Source: Candidatus Multivoradales bacterium (GTDB taxonomy: Bacteria > Acidobacteriota > Thermoanaerobaculia > Multivoradales > JAHEKO01). Taken from it: a DNA stretch of 64,000 nt. The stretch is taken from assembly GCA_965223155.1 (NCBI GenBank), contig CBDCVR010000015.1, positions 896,001 through 960,000 of the forward strand, written 5' to 3'. Made by a program: the position numbers and the translations under genes. The notes under the pieces are model-generated. The model was not told the DNA's origin, ran no database searches, and worked only from the letters and a program-made list of their open reading frames with translations. Below, one piece after another: positions 54,028-63,064 of the stretch; position 1 is the first letter of the stretch; the number at the start of each line of letters is the position of its first letter.

Positions 54028-57000
54028 TTGGCACGGCAGAACGAACGGTTGGCACATCGGCTTGGCGTAGCTTTTAGGGATCGTTCCGGAGACGGCTCGA
54101 TCGCATCGGTTGGGCTCATCGGCCCGCTCAAATCCGGTGCCGCATTCGCGCTCATTGCGGCATGGGGGCTTTTCTTCCTCTGGGCCACCCCGGCGGCGGC
54201 CCAGAACAACTGCTTCGGGGACGTCACCTGGGGCGGCGACGTCGACTCGACGATCGCAAAGCCCGAGAACTGCACCGCGGACACCCGCTGCTATCCACCC
54301 GAGCTTGCCGGCTCGGGAGTTTCGTTCGCTCCGGGCTGCGACCCATCGGCCGGGCCCTGCGACGTCACCGTCACGGCCCAGCTCCGCTTCCCCGGCAACC
54401 GGGACAACGAAGACTTCGTCGATGCCTCGGGCCTCGCCTACAGCTTCGCGACCTTTGCCGTCTTCGACAACACCGGCTCCGGCGTCGGCGGCTGCGGTGT
54501 TGCCGGCGCGGTCATCCAATGGGACACCGGCACCGCGACCATCCGCGGCCAGGCCAAGAAGGGCGACATCTTCACCATCGTCGCCCGCGCCTGCCCGTGC
54601 TCGCCCGAAGGCCTCTGCCCCCTGTGCGAGAAGACCGAGTCCTTCGTCATCCCGATCGGCAGCCCGCCGCCCCAGGACGACTGCGACGACTGCAAGGCCT
54701 GCCCGCTGCCGGGCGCTTCGGCCGGCGGCGGCGGGCCCAAAGGGACCACCGAAACCAACTCCGGCCCCGAGACGCTCGTCTACTACACGGCCGGCGGCAC
54801 GGGCGCACCCGGCACCCCCGGCGCGGACGAGCACGCCGCCACCCTCGGCCACGGCTTTGCCCACAACTTCTCCGAGCGGCTCGTCGCCGTGCCCGACGAC
54901 CCGTACGACGCCGAGCGCGTCTGGATGCTGACCCGCAAGGGAACCTTCCGCCAGTTCTGGAACCTCCAGGGCGGCGAGTACCTGGGCACCGCGCCCTCGG
55001 ACGAGTACCGCACGCTCTTTGCCACGGCCGCGGGCTACGAGCTTCGCGGCCTCGACGGCACGGTCCAGAGCTTCGATGCGGCCGGCGTCTGGACCGGCAC
55101 GGCCGACGCCTCGGGCAACGCCACGACCCCTGCCTACGACGCCTCCGGTCTTCTCACCGCGGTCGCTCTCCCCGACGGCAGACAAGAGACCTTCACCTAC
55201 CACCCGGCCGGCTCCGGCCAGGACGGCAAGCTCGCCACGATCACCGAGGTCGGCATCGACGGCACCTCGACCTTGACCTGGACCTACACCTGGTCCGGAG
55301 ACACCCTCGTCCGGATCGACGCCCCGGACGGCACCGCTCTCGCCTACGGCTACGACGACCCGCGCCACCCGGGCTTTCGAACTCTGACCGAACGGATCGG
55401 CACCGACGCGAGCCGCCGCGTCGAGCGCGGCTACGCCTACGACGACGAAGGCAACGTCGTCCAGACCTGGAGAGGCGATACCGTCCCCGCCGTTGCCGGA
55501 GTGAGCGCTTCGCTGCCCGGATCGAACGCCGTCGATCACGAGACCTTCGCCTTCGACGACCCGGTCAACCCGACCGTCACCACCAGGACCGACGCTCTCG
55601 GCAAGATCGCGACCTACGCCATCGGCCGCGACCCTTCGAGCGGCAAGGCCCGCGTGACCTCGATTGCGGGCGACTGCCCGGCCTGCGGCCTCGGTCCCAA
55701 CAGCCAGATCTTCTACGACGACCCGGACCATCCGCTGCTTCCCACTCGCTCGATCGACGGCCGCGGCACGGTCACCGCCATGACCTACGACGGCAACGGC
55801 AGGATGACCTCGCGCACGGAGGCGCTCGGCACCCCCGAGGAGCGCACCACGACCTGGAGCTACGACGATCCCGCCTTCCCGGCCGTCGCGACCACCATCG
55901 AGGAGCCCTCCACAACTGCTGGAGCCAGCCGCACCACCACCCTCGTTCTCGGCGCCGACGGCCACCCCACCACCCGCACCGTCTCAGGGGTCGAGGCCGC
56001 TAGCGCCTTCTCGCTGACCACCGCCACCACCTACACCCCCGAGGGCCAGGTCGCAACGATCGATCCCCCCGGCTTCGGCTCCGACGACGTCACCGGCTTG
56101 ACCTATGACCCCGCCCGCGGAGGCCAGATCCCGCTTTCCCGCACCGACCCGATCGTCGGAAGCCTTCCCAACGGCGGCGCCACCACCTTCGGCTATGACC
56201 CCTTCAACCGCAGAACCTCGGTCACCGACCCCAACGGGCTCGAGACCGTCACCGCCTACGATGCCGCCGACCGGGTGACCTCCGTCATCCAGAAGGGCGC
56301 GACCGCCGCCGAGGATCTCGTCACCGTCCATCAGTACACCGCCTTCGGCGACTTGGAGCGCACCATCCTCCCCGAAGGCAACGCCATCGAGTACGCCTAC
56401 GACTCCGCCGGACGCCTGACCTCGATCGGGCGCGGCCCCGCCCCCGGGGCCCTCCTCGAAAGAACCCTCTACGAGCTCGACGCCGCCGGCAACCGCACCC
56501 GCGAGACGCTCCAGGGCTTCGACGGCTCGGCCTGGACCACCGCCTCCGAGACCGCCTACCTCTACGACTCCCGATGCCAGCTCGACAAGATCGTCCGCGC
56601 CCCCGGAACCCCCCAAGAAGCCATCACCGAGTACCGCTACGACTGCAACGGCAACCTCGAATCCCTCTGGGACGCCAACCACTCCTCGGCCTCCGATCCC
56701 CCGACCCAGAGCTACACCTACGACCGCCTGGACCGGTTGACCGCCATCGACCAGCCCTGGGCAACTGGGCAACCAGGAGAGATGGCAACCACCACCTACG
56801 CCTACGACGTCCAGGACCACCTCGTTGCCGTCACCGACGCCGAGGGCAACACCACCGCCTACGTCTACTCCGACCGGGATCTTCTGACCCGCCAGGACTC
56901 CCCCGTCTCCGGGGCCTCGACCTTTGCCTACAACGACCACGGCGAGCTCGTCTCCGAAACCGACGGCCGCGGGGTCACAACGACCCGGACCATCGACGCC

Positions 57001-58911
57001 GCCCGCAGGGTCACCTTCCTCGACTCCGACGAGAACGCCCTCGATACCGCCTACACGTACGACGACCCCGCGGTGCCGTTCTCGGCGGGCAGGCTCACGG
57101 CCATCACCCGAGACACCCAGTCGATCGACTACGCTTACGACCGCTTCGGACGCACCATCCAGGACGGCACCCTCGCCTACGCCTACGACACGAACGGCAA
57201 CCGCACCGCAGTCACCTACCCAGGCGGAGTCGCCGCCACGACCACCCACGACTACGCCGATCGGGAGGAGACCCTGGCCGTCACGGATGGCGCAACCTCG
57301 ACCAACCTCGTCACCGCCGCCGCCTATCTCCCCTCGGGCCCCCTCACCTCCCTCGCCCTCGGCAACGGCTTGGCCGAGACCCGATCCTTCGATGCCCGGT
57401 ACTTCCCGGCAGGCATCGCCGTCCCCGGACGACTCGACTGGACCTACTCGACCGACACGATCGGCAACATCCTAGAGATCGCTGACACCGGAGGAGGCGG
57501 CGACCGAACCTACACCTACCAGGACGTCCACTACTTCTTGACTTCAGGCACCGGCCCCTGGGGCAGCCTGGCCTTCACCTACGACAAGATCGGCAACCGG
57601 TTGTCTGAGACCCGGGACGCCGGCGGCTCTCCCCAGAACCGGCCCTACGCCTACCCGGCTTCGCCTTCAGGAGGCAACCTCCCCAAGCTCGCCTCGATCA
57701 CGGACCCCGCGGGAGACCGTCTCGAGCGCTTCTTCTTCGACGACGCCGGCAACCAGACCTACCGCGCCACTCAGACCGCCAAGCACCGGCTGAGCTACGA
57801 TGCCCTGGGACGGATGGGCCAGATCAAGACCGACTCGGACGAAACCGCGGGGGCTCTCGTCACCCTCGCCTACGACGGCAGGAGCTTCCTCCGGGAGGCC
57901 ACTCGAAGCCCCTTCCCCGGCCAGCCCGCCACCGTCACCACCAACCCAACCTACAGCTCCGACGGGCTTCTCATGCACAAGGCCACCAGCGAGGTGCTGG
58001 GACCGGACGACCCGAGAGGCGAGGGGAGTGCCACCAGCGACGCCTACGTCCTCTACTTCGCGGGCAGGCCCGTAGGCGTCCTCGACAATGAGACCGTGAC
58101 CCCGCTCGGTGGAACGCCGACCAGCACCTCGACCCTCACCTACCTCACCACCGACCACCTCGGCACCCCCGTCCTCGCCACCGACGACTCCGGCACCACC
58201 ACCTGGGCCGGAGGCTTTGAACCCTTCGGGGACGACTGGCAGGCGGAGACGGGTACCGGGGCGAGTGACGCCGGAGTCTTCCTGCGCTTCCCCGGCCAGT
58301 GGGACGACCCGGCCTGGGGTGGGGCCGGGACGGCGGGCACTAGCGCCTCAGACCCGGGCTTCTACTACAACGTCCACAGGTGGTACGAGCCGGGGACGGG
58401 GAGGTATGCGAGGGTCGATCCGCTGGGCAAGACAAGCATCGACGGCACGAGACATCTCTTTGCATACTCCGAAAGTCGGCCGCTCTTCTTTGTGGACCCA
58501 AATGGCCTCAAAGTAGTGATCGAGGACGGCGGCGTCCAAACCGCCTATGACAACCTAAAGGACTGCTTCCCGTTTTTCCGTAACTTGATGGACCACTACG
58601 AGACGCAGACAGGCTTCCGTGGTCGAGACATCACATGGTCTATCAAGCAGCCCGTGTGGAACCCTCCAAGCTGCAATGCTGGCGGCCTCCGAGGTGAAGA
58701 GCGGACGGCTTGGGTTCCAAAAGAACTTGATTGTGAACTCATGGCCAAATGCATGGTCCACGAGTTCTACGAACGATGGCTCATTGACGTCGGCGGACAT
58801 CCGCAGTCGAAGGGCGGGACTGGGAGCGCAAACGACATGGCCAAGGCGAAGGAATCAACCTTGCCGGCGGAGTGTTGCTGTCCGACTTCCTCTTCAAAGG
58901 AGAGTGAGTGA
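54028..58911 (+). CDS. RHS/YD-repeat polymorphic toxin with Sec-type signal peptide
   Basis: Hydrophobic stretch ending PAAA|Q, Cys-rich N-domain, many YD repeats, core YLTTDHLGTP...LRFPGQW...YYNVHRWYEPGTGRY..VDPLG...DPNGL, then a lower-GC C-terminal tip with HEFYE. Start codon uncertain (TTG). Confidence 0.92.
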   Translation: MARQNERLAHRLGVAFRDRSGDGSIASVGLIGPLKSGAAFALIAAWGLFFLWATPAAAQNNCFGDVTWGGDVDSTIAKPENCTADTRCYPPELAGSGVSFAPGCDPSAGPCDVTVTAQLRFPGNRDNEDFVDASGLAYSFATFAVFDNTGSGVGGCGVAGAVIQWDTGTATIRGQAKKGDIFTIVARACPCSPEGLCPLCEKTESFVIPIGSPPPQDDCDDCKACPLPGASAGGGGPKGTTETNSGPETLVYYTAGGTGAPGTPGADEHAATLGHGFAHNFSERLVAVPDDPYDAERVWMLTRKGTFRQFWNLQGGEYLGTAPSDEYRTLFATAAGYELRGLDGTVQSFDAAGVWTGTADASGNATTPAYDASGLLTAVALPDGRQETFTYHPAGSGQDGKLATITEVGIDGTSTLTWTYTWSGDTLVRIDAPDGTALAYGYDDPRHPGFRTLTERIGTDASRRVERGYAYDDEGNVVQTWRGDTVPAVAGVSASLPGSNAVDHETFAFDDPVNPTVTTRTDALGKIATYAIGRDPSSGKARVTSIAGDCPACGLGPNSQIFYDDPDHPLLPTRSIDGRGTVTAMTYDGNGRMTSRTEALGTPEERTTTWSYDDPAFPAVATTIEEPSTTAGASRTTTLVLGADGHPTTRTVSGVEAASAFSLTTATTYTPEGQVATIDPPGFGSDDVTGLTYDPARGGQIPLSRTDPIVGSLPNGGATTFGYDPFNRRTSVTDPNGLETVTAYDAADRVTSVIQKGATAAEDLVTVHQYTAFGDLERTILPEGNAIEYAYDSAGRLTSIGRGPAPGALLERTLYELDAAGNRTRETLQGFDGSAWTTASETAYLYDSRCQLDKIVRAPGTPQEAITEYRYDCNGNLESLWDANHSSASDPPTQSYTYDRLDRLTAIDQPWATGQPGEMATTTYAYDVQDHLVAVTDAEGNTTAYVYSDRDLLTRQDSPVSGASTFAYNDHGELVSETDGRGVTTTRTIDAARRVTFLDSDENALDTAYTYDDPAVPFSAGRLTAITRDTQSIDYAYDRFGRTIQDGTLAYAYDTNGNRTAVTYPGGVAATTTHDYADREETLAVTDGATSTNLVTAAAYLPSGPLTSLALGNGLAETRSFDARYFPAGIAVPGRLDWTYSTDTIGNILEIADTGGGGDRTYTYQDVHYFLTSGTGPWGSLAFTYDKIGNRLSETRDAGGSPQNRPYAYPASPSGGNLPKLASITDPAGDRLERFFFDDAGNQTYRATQTAKHRLSYDALGRMGQIKTDSDETAGALVTLAYDGRSFLREATRSPFPGQPATVTTNPTYSSDGLLMHKATSEVLGPDDPRGEGSATSDAYVLYFAGRPVGVLDNETVTPLGGTPTSTSTLTYLTTDHLGTPVLATDDSGTTTWAGGFEPFGDDWQAETGTGASDAGVFLRFPGQWDDPAWGGAGTAGTSASDPGFYYNVHRWYEPGTGRYARVDPLGKTSIDGTRHLFAYSESRPLFFVDPNGLKVVIEDGGVQTAYDNLKDCFPFFRNLMDHYETQTGFRGRDITWSIKQPVWNPPSCNAGGLRGEERTAWVPKELDCELMAKCMVHEFYERWLIDVGGHPQSKGGTGSANDMAKAKESTLPAECCCPTSSSKESE
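57073..58430 (+). repeat. RHS core segment duplicated at 61190-62547 (offset 4117)
   Basis: Near-identical colinear DNA; similarity ends at the DPLGK codons. Confidence 0.9.
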
Positions 58912-59543
58912 ACGCGCCAGCGCGGCATTCCGCAAACATGCTGTTGCTTGCCGTCTTCGTTGCGGGTCTTGGTACCTTCGCGATCTTTGCCAAGCACAAC
59001 CTCTTTTTCGGTGTCCTCTTGGTCTTGTGCGTTGTGGCCGACTTATGGGTTGCTGGCCAGTCTTCAACTTGGCGAAGATTCGTGGTCGTGCTGCACTATC
59101 TGATTCTGTCTGCTGTGCTCTTCGCGGCCTTCCTTCGGGTTGCCAGCTACGCTGGCTTTCCGACTGAACTCGGACCGTACTTCCCGGAAGTTGTTTTCTA
59201 CGAGTGGTCTCGACCCGGAGTGTACTTGGCAATACTTGGGACATGCGTGGGTTGTATCACTACCGTCGCGTGCATCCTCGCCTTGCTCCCGAAGTACAAG
59301 GAACACTGCGCGCGAAGCGATTTGTTTGGCTACCTTCTATTCCTTGCCAGTATTCTCGCAGTGCCGATCTGGCTAGCTTTTTCCAGCCCCATACGGAACC
59401 TGAGTGCCTATGACCAGGACGACCTGGCGGGCTTCGGACTTGTCTCTCTTGTCAGCCATGTTACGCCGGCGCTTGCAACTCATGGTCTAGTCGCATTTGT
59501 CCTCCTCTTCCAACGGAGTCGTTCGGCGCGATTGAAGGTCTGA
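58908..59543 (+). CDS. Putative RHS immunity protein (multi-pass membrane)
   Basis: GTGA overlap with the toxin stop, lower GC, about 6 hydrophobic helices. Confidence 0.7.
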   Translation: MNAPARHSANMLLLAVFVAGLGTFAIFAKHNLFFGVLLVLCVVADLWVAGQSSTWRRFVVVLHYLILSAVLFAAFLRVASYAGFPTELGPYFPEVVFYEWSRPGVYLAILGTCVGCITTVACILALLPKYKEHCARSDLFGYLLFLASILAVPIWLAFSSPIRNLSAYDQDDLAGFGLVSLVSHVTPALATHGLVAFVLLFQRSRSARLKV

Positions 59544-59898
59544 GACGTTGTAGTGAGGCGTTCCCTGTAAGCCGGTCTGACTCCCCGGCCGGCGCCTTCT
59601 TGGGACTGATTCAATGAAGTCAGCGAGATTCCTCTGCTCTTTTTCGGACCAGCAGCGGCCGTCGATATCCTGTTTCAAAAATAGAATCGACCAAACGGGG
59701 CTTTGGAGCCGTTTCCTGAATTGCGGTGAGCAATGCGGCCCCGACGAGCCGTGCTCAGGCCAGTTCGAGTCGATTGTGGCAGGAAACTAGGGTGGAATTC
59801 GGTGACAGATGAGATGAGTCGGTCGGTCTCCAGCTGGGACACTGTGCCAGTTGGAGATAACCAAGAATCGGCATCAGAGCCGAGAAAGGAGACCGACC

Positions 59899-60912
59899 AT
59901 GGAGTATCTTGGCATCGATGTTCACTCGAAGTACAGCGAGGTGTGTGGCGTATCAGAAGACGGTGAGGTGACGGTTCGCCGGCGGGTTCCGACGACCGAG
60001 ACGGGCCTGCGAAGGTTCTTCGCCAATCGGGAACGCTCGCAGGTGACGCTCGAGAGCGGTCCGGTCACACCCTGGGTCTATCGACTGCTGTCTGAGCTCG
60101 GCCATGAGGTGATGGTGGTCAATCCACGCCGGGTACGTCTGATCGCGGAATCGACCCTGAAGACGGACGGAATCGACGCCGAGATCCTGGCTCGTTTGAG
60201 CCGGTTGGATCTGGGTTTGCTTCGACCAGTCTACCAGCGCACAGGTGAGGCCCAAGAGCTTCGGACGCGTCTTCGGGTCCGAACGAGTCTGGTGAAGACC
60301 AGGACCTCGCTGATCAACTCCGTACGCGGAACGCTGCGGGCACAGGGCTACCGAGTGCCCTCATGTCCGGCGAAGAGCTTCGTGGCTCGGTACGCGTCGA
60401 TGTCGGTCGAAGCCGGCCTGTTGGGAGCGCTCGAACCTCTGGTAACGACAATCGGCGAGCTGACCGATCGGATCCACCATCTCGAAGACGACCTCATCTC
60501 CGAGTCGAGATCAAACGAGCTGGTCCGTCGGCTGCAGACGGTTCCTGGTGTGGGGCCTCTGGTGAGCCTTGCGTTCGTCGGCTGGATGGATCGTCCGGAT
60601 CGGTTCGAGAAAAGCCGCGACGTCGGAGCGTGTCTGGGCTTGAGACCGTCGCTTCGCAGCTCAGGAGGGCATGAGGTCAGGGGCCGGATCACTCGCGAGG
60701 GCGACTCGGAGATGCGCAGACTCTTGGTGCAGGCAGCTCATGCGGCGTTGAACTGTCGCAAAGAGTCGTCACTCAAGAGATGGGCTGAGGGCCTGGTCGA
60801 GAGGCTGGGTAAGGGCAAGGCCGTGGTCGCGCTAGCTAGGAAGATCGCGGTGTTGCTCCACAGGCTGTGGGTGACAGGTGAGAGCTTCCGAGCCTTTCCC
60901 AAGGCAGCGTAG
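59899..60912 (+). CDS. IS110 family transposase/recombinase (DEDD RuvC-like + Tnp20 domain)
   Basis: AAGGAG RBS; YLGIDVH, LESG, KTDGIDA, TVPGVG, CLGL.P...SSGG...GRITREGD...RRLLVQAA, VALARK. Confidence 0.95.
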   Translation: MEYLGIDVHSKYSEVCGVSEDGEVTVRRRVPTTETGLRRFFANRERSQVTLESGPVTPWVYRLLSELGHEVMVVNPRRVRLIAESTLKTDGIDAEILARLSRLDLGLLRPVYQRTGEAQELRTRLRVRTSLVKTRTSLINSVRGTLRAQGYRVPSCPAKSFVARYASMSVEAGLLGALEPLVTTIGELTDRIHHLEDDLISESRSNELVRRLQTVPGVGPLVSLAFVGWMDRPDRFEKSRDVGACLGLRPSLRSSGGHEVRGRITREGDSEMRRLLVQAAHAALNCRKESSLKRWAEGLVERLGKGKAVVALARKIAVLLHRLWVTGESFRAFPKAA

Positions 60913-60944
60913 AAGAGATAACTAGACGACCAACAAGCAAGGAC

Positions 60945-61095
60945 GGATTGAGAGGTTCGATGACTCCGAAAGTATCCTTGGTGGCCCCGACACCGTGTGA
61001 CAGATGGGAGCATCGATTCCTAAACGGACGCAAAACTCACCATGCACCGGTTCAAAGAAGAACCCTACAGAGTGCGAATAGAAGCTCGTCCCAAG
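60945..61095 (+). ncRNA. Putative bridge/seek RNA of the IS1111-type element (boundaries approximate)
   Basis: Stem TCGATG-a-CTCC (60957-60967) / GGAG-CATCGA (61007-61016) encloses an internal loop capped by a GGTG/CACC hairpin; the loop strands match both flanks of the insertion site. A second nested stem-loop lies at 61026-61091. Confidence 0.78.
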
Positions 61096-61189
61096 CCTCG
61101 ATCCAAACCTAAGGAAAACTACAAAAAGAAGAAACGAAACTCTTGACGCCAACCGACCGACTCATAGAAGGATACTTATCTCTTTCGCC

Positions 61190-63064
61190 GTGCCGTTCTC
61201 GGCCGGACGCTTGACCGCTATCTCCCGCAACGGCCACTCCATTGACTACGCCTACGACCGCTTCGGACGCACCATCCAGGACGGCACCCTCGCCTACGCC
61301 TACGACACGAACGGCAACCGCACCGCAGTCACCTACCCAGGCGGCGTCACCGCCACGACCACCCACGACTACGCCGACCGGGAGGAGACCCTGGCCGTCA
61401 CGGATGGCGCAACCTCAACCAACCTCGTGACCGCCGCCACCTACCTGCCTTCAGGCCCGCTCACTTCCCTCGCCCTCGGCAACGGCTTGGCCGAGACCCG
61501 ATCCTTCGACTCGAGGTACTTCCCGGCAGGGATCACCGTCCCCGGACGACTCGACTGGACCTACTCGACCGACACGATCGGCAACATCCTGGAGATCGCT
61601 GACACCGGAGGCGGCGGCGACCGCACCTACACCTACCAGGACGTCCACTACTTCTTGACTTCAGGCACCGGACCCTGGGGCAGCCTGGCCTTCACCTACG
61701 ACAAGATCGGAAACCGGTTGTCTGAGACCCGGGACGCTGGCGGCTCTCCCCAGAACCGGCCCTACGCCTACCCGGCTTCGCCTTCAGGAGGCAACCTCCC
61801 CAAGCTCGCCTCGATCACGGACCCCGCGGGAGACCGTCTCGAGCGCTTCTTCTTCGACGACGCCGGCAACGAGACCTATCGCTCGACGACTACCGCCAAG
61901 CACCGGCTGAGCTACGATGCCCTGGGACGGATGAGCCAGATCAAGACCGACTCGGACGAGACCGCGGGGGCCCTCGTCACCCTCGCCTACGACGGCAGGA
62001 GCTTCCTGCGTGAAGCCGCCCGAAGCCCCTTCCCCGGCCTGCCCGCCACCGTCACCACCAACCCCACCTACAGCTCCGACGGGCTTCTCATGCACAAGGC
62101 CACCAGCGAGGTGCTGGGACCGGACGACCCGAGAGGCGAGGGGAGTGCCACCAGCAACGCCTACGTCCTCTACTTCGCCGGCAGGCCCGTAGGCATCCTC
62201 GAAAACGAAACCGTGACGCCCCTGGGCGGCGGCACAACCTCGAGCTCCACCCTCACCTACCTGACCACCGACCATCTCGGCACCCCCGTCCTCGCCACCG
62301 ATACCGGGGGAGCCACCACCTGGGCCGGAGGCTTCGCACCCTTCGGGGACGACTGGCAGGCGGAGACGGGTACCGGGGCGAGTGACGCCGGAGTCTTCCT
62401 GCGCTTCCCCGGCCAGTGGGACGACCCGGCCTGGGGTGGGGCGGGGGCGGCGGGCACTAGCGCCTCAGACCCGGGCCTCTACTACAACGTCCACAGGTGG
62501 TACGAGCCGGGGACGGGGAGGTACGGGAGGGTTGATCCGTTGGGCAAAAACGGAGAGGTCATCAGCTGGCCAACCGACGCTGCTGGGCTCGTTGCTCTCC
62601 GGGCGGGCACGGAGGCATCTGCGGCGATTAGGGACCTACAGGTTGTCAGTTGGAGTGCGACATTGTCTCCTTGGTTCGGATACGCACATCAGAACCCACT
62701 GAACCTCGTCGATCCAAATGGTCTCCTAACTTGTCGAGGACAGTGGAAAAAGACCTCAAGCCGGAGAGCCTTCTTGCTGTGGCCGCCGTTGTTTTGGAAC
62801 GGATGCGTCTGTCGTTGGCGCTGCGAGTCATGCACGCAAGACGACATCCTTCCCGCCAATCCCTCTGATATGCCTCTCACCAAGGGCTCAATGATCAACA
62901 CCGGCAGAGGCGCCAAGTTCGGAGATACCTGTCTTTGCCCCCCTCCTGGTGACGAAACAGGATGTTTCGAGTGTCAACCTCCTGAACTGCCCCAGCTACG
63001 AACTCCCGGAACCGCAATATGTGATCAAGGTCGCATCTCGGTACCGGGCCGATCTTGTTCATGA
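61190..63064 (+). CDS. Orphan RHS cassette: duplicated C-terminal core plus a different Cys-rich toxin tip
   Basis: Begins mid-core (VPFSAGRLTAI) with no signal peptide or clear RBS; follows the main gene to DPLGK; new tip after DPNGL. Confidence 0.85.
   Translation: MPFSAGRLTAISRNGHSIDYAYDRFGRTIQDGTLAYAYDTNGNRTAVTYPGGVTATTTHDYADREETLAVTDGATSTNLVTAATYLPSGPLTSLALGNGLAETRSFDSRYFPAGITVPGRLDWTYSTDTIGNILEIADTGGGGDRTYTYQDVHYFLTSGTGPWGSLAFTYDKIGNRLSETRDAGGSPQNRPYAYPASPSGGNLPKLASITDPAGDRLERFFFDDAGNETYRSTTTAKHRLSYDALGRMSQIKTDSDETAGALVTLAYDGRSFLREAARSPFPGLPATVTTNPTYSSDGLLMHKATSEVLGPDDPRGEGSATSNAYVLYFAGRPVGILENETVTPLGGGTTSSSTLTYLTTDHLGTPVLATDTGGATTWAGGFAPFGDDWQAETGTGASDAGVFLRFPGQWDDPAWGGAGAAGTSASDPGLYYNVHRWYEPGTGRYGRVDPLGKNGEVISWPTDAAGLVALRAGTEASAAIRDLQVVSWSATLSPWFGYAHQNPLNLVDPNGLLTCRGQWKKTSSRRAFLLWPPLFWNGCVCRWRCESCTQDDILPANPSDMPLTKGSMINTGRGAKFGDTCLCPPPGDETGCFECQPPELPQLRTPGTAICDQGRISVPGRSCS

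Larger units (their letters stand above)
59807..61168 (+). mobile_element. IS110 family insertion sequence, IS1111-type (sub-terminal inverted repeats, long 3' non-coding end)
   Basis: Perfect 14-bp IR ATGAGTCGGTCGGT (59814-59827) / ACCGACCGACTCAT (61152-61165); AGA at both junctions (59807-59809, 61166-61168); outward TTGACG at 61143-61148; single transposase gene. Confidence 0.92.

Noticed and set aside
54026-54055. GGTTGGCAC direct repeat with a 21-bp period, resembling a sigma54 -24 box or operator
   Set aside because: No correctly spaced -12 GC, and it overlaps the probable RHS start codons; it cannot be distinguished from a small coding duplication.
59544-59806. Non-coding region left of the IS as the bridge RNA, or the 63-aa minus-strand ORF 59487-59678 as a gene
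   Set aside because: It lies outside the left inverted repeat, the target-matching segments are in the right end, and the ORF has no recognisable features.
57073-62547. Diversity-generating retroelement TR/VR pair as the explanation for the repeats
   Set aside because: No reverse transcriptase in the window, the repeats are kilobase-scale, and the differences are not adenine-specific.
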